Part shown: in pieces, positions 17,033 through 23,467 of the stretch
Layout of the letters: every line of letters starts with the position of its first letter
Position numbering within the stretch: position 1 is the first letter of the stretch
Assembly: GCA_046597055.1 (NCBI GenBank)
Contig: JBKJLC010000043.1
Coordinates: forward strand, 1-23,467
DNA length: 23,467 bases
Origin: Kofleriaceae bacterium
GTDB lineage: Bacteria > Myxococcota_A > Polyangia > Haliangiales > Haliangiaceae
Direction of reading: 5' to 3'
Program-made: the position numbers and the translations under genes
Notes under the pieces: model-generated
What the model was told of the DNA's origin: nothing
Databases searched by the model: none
What the model saw: only the letters and a program-made list of their open reading frames with translations

Positions 17033-17892
17033 GCGCGCGGTGGCTCGCAGCCGCCGCGGGCGCCGTGCTGGCGTGCAGCGCGGCCAGGGCCCCCGGGGTC
17101 GACGACTCGCCGGCGGTCGATGCGCGCAGCAGCGGCGACGGCGGCGCGGCCTCGTCGTGCCCCCACCGCGGCCCACCGGTGATCGATCCCGCGTCGCGCC
17201 CCGCGTGCTGCCCGGGCGCGCACTGCTTGCCCGCGAGCGTGATCGATCCCGGGCTCACGGACGACCTCGCGCCTTGCGCCGCCGATCCGACCCAGCTGTG
17301 CGTACCCGACGATCTCATCGCCAGTGCGGGCGAGTTCGTGCCCGCCACCTGCGATTCCCTGCTCGGCGCCGAGGGTCGTTGCCTGTCGACCTGCCTGCCG
17401 CGCATCGCCGCCCAGACCGACGCCTTGCCCCGCAGCACCTGCGGCCCGAACGAGCTGTGCGCCCCCTGCTACGACCCGACCACCGGCGAGGACACCGGGG
17501 CCTGTCGGGTGTCCTGCGATCCGGGGCCGAGCCGGCCGCCGACGATGGCGGTGACCTGCTGCCACGACGACGGACACTGCGTTCCACCCGCGGCCGCCGG
17601 CGCCGACGCCGATCAGCTGGGCATGGACACCTGCCCGGCCGGCTTGCTGTGCGCGCCCGACGTGCTCGCGAGCCGGGACTACGTCGCGATGGCGTGCGAG
17701 ACCGTCGTGCTCGCGCTGATCTTTGGCGACGCGTACCGGCCGGGCGCGTGCATGCCCGACTGCTTGCCGGCGGTGAGCAACTTCCTGCTCGGGCAGGACG
17801 GCTGCGCGACCGGCTACAAGTGCGCGCCGTGCCTCGACCCGCTCAGCCAGCAGCCGTCCGGCGCCTGCGATTACCTGCCGCCGGCGCTGTGA
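17029..17892 (+). CDS. Cys-rich repeat lipoprotein (287 aa, 27 Cys)
   Basis: ATGA overlap; lipobox AVLAC; internal duplication with CAPCxDPxxxxxxGAC present twice. Confidence 0.85.
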   Translation: MSARWLAAAAGAVLACSAARAPGVDDSPAVDARSSGDGGAASSCPHRGPPVIDPASRPACCPGAHCLPASVIDPGLTDDLAPCAADPTQLCVPDDLIASAGEFVPATCDSLLGAEGRCLSTCLPRIAAQTDALPRSTCGPNELCAPCYDPTTGEDTGACRVSCDPGPSRPPTMAVTCCHDDGHCVPPAAAGADADQLGMDTCPAGLLCAPDVLASRDYVAMACETVVLALIFGDAYRPGACMPDCLPAVSNFLLGQDGCATGYKCAPCLDPLSQQPSGACDYLPPAL

Positions 17893-18002
17893 CGTGCGTC
17901 GTGCAGCGGGACGGTGTGCGCACCGACCAGGCTCACGCGAAGCCGCGATCGTCCCCGATTCGATCCTGGAAGGATATCCGGCGGTGAGGCTCCACCATCC
18001 CT

Positions 18003-18022
18003 CGCGACCGTGGCGGGTCGCG
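18003..18022. terminator. GC-rich hairpin between convergent genes
   Basis: CGCGACC-gtggcg-GGTCGCG; no U-tract on either strand. Confidence 0.35.
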
Positions 18023-18093
18023 TGGGCGCTGGATCGCTACCGTGGCTCGGTTCAGGGCGGTCCCGAGGAATCGCACGGCTGACGGTTCGGCCG

Positions 18094-19044
18094 TTACGGC
18101 GCGCACGCGAGCTGCGCGAGGAAGGCGTCGCGGTCGTCGATGCTGAGCAGCAGCTGCGACGACGGCCGCGACCGGCCGAACAGGCCATGCACCTCGACGG
18201 GCGTGTGCAGCGTGAGCAACACGTTGGGGTCGGTGTACGAGAGATCGGTCGCACCGGTCACGGCGGACTCGATCGGCGCAGCGCTCGCGATGACCTCGCG
18301 CGGCACAGTCACGCGCCTCGTGACCCCGCGTTCGATCACGACCCCCACGGGGGTGAACCGCAGCGGCGCGAGACGGACCGCGTGGGCGGAGCCGATGAGC
18401 CAGAGGAGCCCATACGCGGATAACGCCGACAGGACGACCGCGAGGGTCGGTGCAAACCGAACGAGGATGACGTGCATCGCGACCGCTTCGACCAACGCGA
18501 GCACGGCGAGCACGCCGAAGAACATCAGGACCCCGGAGCGACGATGCATCGTGAACCCACCCGGCGCTGCCCGGAACCAGCCGGTCAACGCGAGGACGAG
18601 AATCGCGACCTCGGCGGCGAGCACGCTCGCGACGGCCGGCACCGGGATCGCCTCGCGAAATGCGCCGTCGAGGGCCGCCGGCAGGCCATGCCCCTGGTTC
18701 CGCCGCGCACGCACGTCGCGCAGCACGCGACGACCACGTACCAAGATCGAGCACACGATCGCCGCTTCGATCACGATCGCGACCACCCCGAGTGCGCGCA
18801 ACCCGACGAGCATCCGCGCAGCCGCGCAGCCGAGCACGAGCACGCGGACCAGCGCCGCTGGCCGCGCGTGACCGGGCCGGACCGCGAGCAGCCAGAACCA
18901 GGCCGCCGCGGTGAGCGTGAGGTCCGCCGCGACCGCGATGCCGAGCGATGGATACGCCGGCAGGAGCGTGAACGCGATCACGACCGCGCACGCGTAGACG
19001 GCAGCGATGGCGAGCAGCGCGGGCAGCAGCACGGGTCGGGTCAC
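18094..19044 (-). CDS. Hypothetical multi-pass membrane protein
   Basis: Several hydrophobic segments, an FTMHRRSG motif and a soluble beta-rich C-terminus (PNVLLTL..HGLFG..LLLSIDD). Start uncertain: GTG 19044 versus 19104 in the ORF track. Confidence 0.8.
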   Translation of the reverse strand: MTRPVLLPALLAIAAVYACAVVIAFTLLPAYPSLGIAVAADLTLTAAAWFWLLAVRPGHARPAALVRVLVLGCAAARMLVGLRALGVVAIVIEAAIVCSILVRGRRVLRDVRARRNQGHGLPAALDGAFREAIPVPAVASVLAAEVAILVLALTGWFRAAPGGFTMHRRSGVLMFFGVLAVLALVEAVAMHVILVRFAPTLAVVLSALSAYGLLWLIGSAHAVRLAPLRFTPVGVVIERGVTRRVTVPREVIASAAPIESAVTGATDLSYTDPNVLLTLHTPVEVHGLFGRSRPSSQLLLSIDDRDAFLAQLACAP

Positions 19045-19294
19045 TCGGCTTCGATGCGGCCCGCGTGGAGATCGCTTGATTGCCGCGGCCGCGCTGGCAG
19101 GCACCGGTGCCGGCCAACGCGGCGCTCCATGGCACTCGTGTCCACTGCTCGTTCGTGCGTCGTCCTGGTGGGTATCAGTCGCTCACTCGCTCGATCACGG
19201 CCTCTGGCTGGGGAGGGGCTGGGGCTCCCCATGGCAAGCTGCCCCGGTCATCCGGGGTGGCCCGCCGCTGCCATCCGGCCGACCGGGGAGTCTC

Positions 19295-20299
19295 ATGGAA
19301 CGCAAGCTCGTCTCGATCCAGCGCGTCGACAGCGTCGAACCGATCGTCGGCGCCGACAACATCGTGAAGGCCCGGGTGATGGGCTGGGACGTCGTGATCA
19401 AGAAGACCGAGCTCGCCCCGGGCGATCCGTGCGTGTTCTTCGAGATCGACAGCGTCCTGCCCGAGGGCCAGCCCTGGGCCGAGTTCATGCGACCGCGCGG
19501 CTTCCGCGTGAAGACCGCACGCCTGCGCGGCGTGCTCTCGCAGGGCCTGGCGATGCCGGTCGACATCTTGCCCGCGGGCGTCGCGCTGCCCGCGATCGGC
19601 ACCGACCTCGGCGATCTGCTCGGCGTCGTGAAGTTCGAGCCAGTGCTGCCCGACGCCCGCGAGGTGGCCGGCCCGTTTCCCGGCCAGGTGCCCAGGACCG
19701 ACGAGCTCCGCCTGCAGTCGGCGCTGGCCGTGCTCGACGAGCTGCGCGGCCGCGACTTCGTCGTGACCACCAAGCTCGACGGCACCTCGGCGACCTACTT
19801 CCGCCCGCTCGACGGTGAGCTGGTCGCGTGCTCGCGGAACTGGGCGCTCCGGCCGGGCCCCAACCCGGTGTGGCGGATGGCCGAGAAGTACCAGCTCGCG
19901 ACCACGCTGCCGCCCGGGGTCGCCATCCAGGGCGAGCTGTGCGGCCCCGGCATCCAGAAGAACCGACTCGGCCTGGCCGAGCTCGAGCTGTTCGTGTTCA
20001 GCGTCCACGACACCCGCGACGGCCGCTTCCTCGGCCACGACGAGACCGTGCGCTTCTGCGCGGCGCATGGGCTGACCCCGGTGCCGGTCGAGCTGCGGGT
20101 CGACGGTGACGATGCCGCGACCTTCGAGCACTCGCTGGCCGTCTACCTCAGGCTGGCCCAGGGCCTCTACCGGGGCACCCGCAGCCGCAAGGAGGGCATC
20201 GTGGTCCGCCCGCTGATCGAGGCGCAGTCGCCGACGCTGGGCGGTCGGCTGTCGTTCAAGGTGATCAACAACGACTTCTTGCTGAAGGACGAGGCCTGA
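19295..20299 (+). CDS. ATP-dependent RNA ligase, DRB0094/Rnl5 family
   Basis: N-terminal MERKLVSIQR..GADNI..VFFEIDS..LRGVLSQGL, then PRTDELRLQ. Nucleotidyltransferase motifs: KLDGTS (I), IQGELCG (III), LFVFSV (IIIa), KEGIVVR (IV), SFKVINNDFLLK (V). SD GGGGAG at 19285-19290. Confidence 0.93.
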   Translation: MERKLVSIQRVDSVEPIVGADNIVKARVMGWDVVIKKTELAPGDPCVFFEIDSVLPEGQPWAEFMRPRGFRVKTARLRGVLSQGLAMPVDILPAGVALPAIGTDLGDLLGVVKFEPVLPDAREVAGPFPGQVPRTDELRLQSALAVLDELRGRDFVVTTKLDGTSATYFRPLDGELVACSRNWALRPGPNPVWRMAEKYQLATTLPPGVAIQGELCGPGIQKNRLGLAELELFVFSVHDTRDGRFLGHDETVRFCAAHGLTPVPVELRVDGDDAATFEHSLAVYLRLAQGLYRGTRSRKEGIVVRPLIEAQSPTLGGRLSFKVINNDFLLKDEA

Positions 20300-20323
20300 C
20301 CGTCGTCTCCTTGCGGGGCGTCA

Positions 20324-21697
20324 TTACTCCTCGACGCGCTTGCGGTCGAGCCAGGCCTCGATGTCGCCCTCGAAGGCGGCGAAGGCGTCCGGGTTGTGGA
20401 TCTGCAGCTCCCGCCGCGCGCGCGCGATGGCGTCGTCGGCCTCGTCGCTGTCCCGACCGGCGGTGTCGAGCAACATGTTCATCGGGCTCGGTTCGTCGGC
20501 ATGGGTCGAGAACATCGCGCGCACGATCTTGCGCGCGTCCTTCGCGGTCGCGTCCACGGCCTGCCACTCGCCGAGCACCGCCACCAGCCCGCGCTCACCC
20601 TTGCCCTTCAGCTGGGCCTTGTCGGTCGACGCCCAGCTCGGGTTGTCGCGCTGCCGCGCACACAGGTAGTTGTGGGCTCGGGTGAGCAGCTGGTCGGCGG
20701 CGGCCGGCGTGCGGGCGCCATCGACCGGCGTGATGACCACGGCACTGTCGATCACCTCGACCCCGCTCATCGCGATGATGCTGTCCAGGATCGCATCGGC
20801 GTCTTCCAGCCGTTGCCCGGCAAGCCGGTCGAGCGCATGCGTGATCGCGACCCACGCAACCTTGTGCTGACCTTGCTTGGTCTCCTCGCCGTCCTGGTAG
20901 ACCGGCGGGCGTGCGGGCGTCGCGAGGAGCCACTTGATCTCGTAGTCGCCCACCTCGTCGGCTTCGACCCGACCGCGGTCCGGATGTTTGAGGGACAACT
21001 TCGCGAAGGGGGTGCTCAGCACGAGCTCCTGTCGGTACGGCGGATCGCCCTTGCGCTGCACCATCTGCGACACGGCCTGGCCGTCACCGGCGCGAACATC
21101 CAGCAGCGACTCCGCGCTGGCGCCAGCGACCACCCGATCGGCCACCGCGTCGGCATGCTGCTCGTACACATCCCCCGCCGCGCCGACGCCGCCCGCGAGC
21201 TGCACGCCGCCACGCTGCTGCACCACGTGCGCCGCCTCGTGGGCAGCGGTGTGCAGGTCCGGCGTGCCGCCGAACGCGACGGCGTTGCCGGTCGCGTAGG
21301 CCTGCGCGCCGATCGCGGCGTTGGCCTCGGCCGCCGCGCCGCCGGTGTACGCCTGCACGGTCCGGACGTCGTGCCGGCCGAAGCTGGTCTGGATCTGCTC
21401 GAGGAACGGCAGCGACGTGCCGCTACCGCTCACGCCGCGCGCCGCATGGACGGCTGGCTGCTCGCCGTCGAGCTCGCCGTCGAGCGCCTGGACCGGCCCG
21501 GTCGCAAACCAGAACGGGTCCGGGGTCGGCATTCCCGCCAGCGCCACATCTGCAATGGAGGACGACGGGGCGATCGCGTCCGGCGCCGTGACCGCCCGGC
21601 GCTGGATGGCGTCGGTGAGGGCCCGCTTGCCGGGTGCCGGACGGTCGACGCCGTGAGCTCCGTCCACGAACGAGGAAGACGCCCTGAAGTCGCGCAT
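20324..21697 (-). CDS. DUF4157 (eCIS core domain) protein with an uncharacterised C-terminal domain
   Basis: [55 protein letters not shown] (HExxH at 21227-21241); N-terminal PGKRALT; VQRK linker. Start ATG 21697 chosen from the promoter position. Confidence 0.88.
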   Translation of the reverse strand: MRDFRASSSFVDGAHGVDRPAPGKRALTDAIQRRAVTAPDAIAPSSSIADVALAGMPTPDPFWFATGPVQALDGELDGEQPAVHAARGVSGSGTSLPFLEQIQTSFGRHDVRTVQAYTGGAAAEANAAIGAQAYATGNAVAFGGTPDLHTAAHEAAHVVQQRGGVQLAGGVGAAGDVYEQHADAVADRVVAGASAESLLDVRAGDGQAVSQMVQRKGDPPYRQELVLSTPFAKLSLKHPDRGRVEADEVGDYEIKWLLATPARPPVYQDGEETKQGQHKVAWVAITHALDRLAGQRLEDADAILDSIIAMSGVEVIDSAVVITPVDGARTPAAADQLLTRAHNYLCARQRDNPSWASTDKAQLKGKGERGLVAVLGEWQAVDATAKDARKIVRAMFSTHADEPSPMNMLLDTAGRDSDEADDAIARARRELQIHNPDAFAAFEGDIEAWLDRKRVEE

Positions 21698-21709
21698 GCC
21701 GGCAGCAAC

Positions 21710-21725
21710 AGCACGGGCCGGGCCA
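21710..21725 (-). promoter_or_regulatory. Sigma54-type -24/-12 promoter
   Basis: Minus-strand TGGCCCGGCCCGTGCT has GG-N10-GC spacing. The ATG is 13 nt after the GC, the same spacing as at 6679-6707. Confidence 0.55.
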
Positions 21726-21770
21726 GCGGGACCGCGTGGTGGGACGTGGACCTGGACACGACCCCGCCGG

Positions 21771-21808
21771 GTTGAACGGTCCATCAACGGCGCACTGGAC
21801 GGTTCAGC
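21771..21808. repeat. Imperfect inverted repeat (enhancer site or terminator)
   Basis: GTTGAACGGTCCA-N12-TGGACGGTTCAGC, between the GGDEF stop and the DUF4157 promoter. Confidence 0.6.
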
Positions 21809-21823
21809 GTGCGCGACCGGAGC

Positions 21824-23233
21824 TCACGGCCGAGGACTGGCGAGCGCCGGGCCGCGCGCGTGGACGACGACCTGATTCTTGCCGGCGCGCTTGGCCCGGT
21901 ACATCGCCGCGTCAGCGAACGCGACCAGCTCGGCCGGGGTCTCGCTGTCGCCGGGGAACACGCTGACCCCGACGCTGACCGACAGCGCGACCTCCGTGCC
22001 GGCGACGGCGTAGGTCTGGTTCAGCGCGACCAGCAGCCGACGCGCCACCACCTGGACGTCGGCGGCGGACCGGAGCTCCTCGAGCACGACGGTGAACTCG
22101 TCGCCGCCCAGGCGGGCCGCGGTGTCGACCGAGCGCAGCGACCCCTCGATCCGACGGGCGGCCTCCGCGAGCACGCGATCGCCCGCCTCGTGCCCGAGCG
22201 TGTCGTTCACCGCTTTGAAGCCGTCGAGGTCGAGGAACAGGATGCCCACGGTGCCGGTGGCCCGCCGCGCGCGCGCCAGCGCCTGGCGCAGGCGGTCCTC
22301 GAACAGCATCCGGTTGGGCAGCCCGGTCAGGGTGTCGAAGTGAGCCAGCTGGAAGACGACCTTGTCGACCCGCTGACGCTCCACCTCGCTGCGGTCGAGC
22401 GCGCGGGCGGTGGTCCAGGTCAGGATCATCGCGGTGATCACCATCGCGCCGATCGTGTAGGCCACGCCGAACGCGGGGCCGTACAGCCCGGCCAGCTCCC
22501 CCTGGAGTCGGAGCCAGCCCAGCAACGGCGGCGCGACCACCAGCAGCGGCATCATCCCACGCATGACCCGGCCGCCCGGACTCCGGCTGGTGAGCGCGGC
22601 CATCAAGCCGGTGGCCGGCATGGCGCACAGCACCGCCGCCGCCATGGCCAGGAACAGCAGCGCGGTGTGCAGCGCCATCGGGATGAACGTCGCCACGCGA
22701 ACCAGCGCGGCGGCGCTGTACGCGTAGCCCAGGAGGGTCACGAACGACGTCAGCGCCACGACCAGCGTCAGCACGTGCGCGAGCCGCGGCCGACCGAGCA
22801 TCAAGCTGCCGACCGCCGCCCCGATCACCGCGAAGTTGATCGCCGTGTTGGGCGCCATCCGGTTGGGCTGCCCCCCGAGGTCCAGCCGCGACGCGAACAG
22901 CCACCGGTCGATCGACATCTCCTGGCCAAGCAGGTAGCCGGCCAGCCGGATCAACCCGAAGCCGCCGACCACCAGCGCCAGGCCGAGCGGGATCCAGCGG
23001 CGCGGCCCGGCGCCCCCCTCGGCGCGCATCAGCAGGGCGGCGCCCAGCGCGATGAAGCCGAGCGCGGTGACCGGGTTCATCGCGACCAGGCCGGGGACGA
23101 TCGACGTCAGGGTCTGACTCCCGATCTGCCAGCCGATCAGCACGGCCGCCCCGACCACCACCGCCGCCCCGGCACAGGCGACCCCCGCCCTGCGCGCGAC
23201 CTTGACGAACGTCGGGTCGGAGAAGTCGCCCAC
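21824..23233 (-). CDS. Membrane-bound diguanylate cyclase (GGDEF)
   Basis: Multi-TM N-terminus (MNPVTA, RMAPNTA, MALHTA); DTLTGLPNR; FLDLDGFKAVNDTLGHEAGD; RSVD I-site; RLGGDEF; ADAAMYRAK. Start GTG 23233 (or ATG 23242). Confidence 0.93.
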   Translation of the reverse strand: MGDFSDPTFVKVARRAGVACAGAAVVVGAAVLIGWQIGSQTLTSIVPGLVAMNPVTALGFIALGAALLMRAEGGAGPRRWIPLGLALVVGGFGLIRLAGYLLGQEMSIDRWLFASRLDLGGQPNRMAPNTAINFAVIGAAVGSLMLGRPRLAHVLTLVVALTSFVTLLGYAYSAAALVRVATFIPMALHTALLFLAMAAAVLCAMPATGLMAALTSRSPGGRVMRGMMPLLVVAPPLLGWLRLQGELAGLYGPAFGVAYTIGAMVITAMILTWTTARALDRSEVERQRVDKVVFQLAHFDTLTGLPNRMLFEDRLRQALARARRATGTVGILFLDLDGFKAVNDTLGHEAGDRVLAEAARRIEGSLRSVDTAARLGGDEFTVVLEELRSAADVQVVARRLLVALNQTYAVAGTEVALSVSVGVSVFPGDSETPAELVAFADAAMYRAKRAGKNQVVVHARGPALASPRP

Positions 23234-23345
23234 GGCCGGCATCGTATCCCAGAACGAGCGCTCCCCCGGTGAACGCATGGGCTCCCTCCCAATCCGGCCG
23301 CAACCGCGCGGGTCGCCCACGCAGCGCGGGCCAGGCCGGGTTCGG

Positions 23346-23467
23346 CTACTCGGCGGCCGGGCGACGACCGTCGAGGATCTTCACGAACGAGCGCGAGCGG
23401 ATCTCCTCGAGCGACAGGCCGGTCGCCAGGGCTTCGTCCTCGCGGACCGCGCCGCACGAGATGCCGC
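23346..23467 (-). CDS. 3' end of a gene entering from the right (partial, unidentified)
   Basis: Minus-strand frame reads GISCGAVREDEALATGLSLEEIRSRSFVKILDGRRPAAE* with GC3-rich codons. Confidence 0.6.
   Translation of the reverse strand, partial: GISCGAVREDEALATGLSLEEIRSRSFVKILDGRRPAAE

Noticed and set aside
19130..19146. TGGCAC as a sigma54 promoter for the RNA ligase
   Set aside because: No GC at the -12 position (it reads GG-N10-CA).
25..23457. Many long overlapping ORFs in the track (e.g. 2757-5345 -, 15054-17987 +, 8412-10283 -, 21809-23272 +)
   Set aside because: Arg/Ala/Pro/Gly-rich shadow frames of real genes, expected in high-GC DNA, with no motifs.
1..23467. CRISPR array, tRNA or rRNA
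   Set aside because: I saw no regularly spaced repeats, no cloverleaf with a T-loop GTTCRA and no rRNA-like sequence. This was a by-eye check only.

Overview
Very GC-rich bacterial DNA (roughly 70-75% by eye). The lipoprotein-rich content, GKCD motif, DUF4157 protein and Cys-rich repeats suggest Myxococcota (inference). Left to right: (1) probable right end of an integrated element, with a catalytic-domain-only tyrosine recombinase, a GNAT-like gene and an AT-richer repeat/hairpin boundary; (2) a urate-to-ureidoglycolate operon, puuD-allB-alc::uraD-uraH; (3) a broken lipoprotein gene, a divergent patatin-like lipoprotein behind a sigma54-type promoter, a VWA lipoprotein and a chimeric pseudogene; (4) a 69-codon DUF6132-like membrane protein gene absent from the ORF track, with an in-frame TGA at a conserved Cys position (candidate selenoprotein); (5) a divergent ECF sigma/TetR pair; (6) a five-gene operon behind a palindromic operator, encoding a PHM/DBH-type copper monooxygenase, an amidohydrolase, a PQQ-type beta-propeller and two Cys-rich proteins, all with lipobox-like motifs; (7) a membrane protein, a DRB0094/Rnl5-type RNA ligase with a structured leader, a convergent DUF4157 protein with an unknown C-terminal domain, and a membrane GGDEF protein. 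Many genes look leaderless. All family calls come from motifs recognised by eye, and no searches were run.
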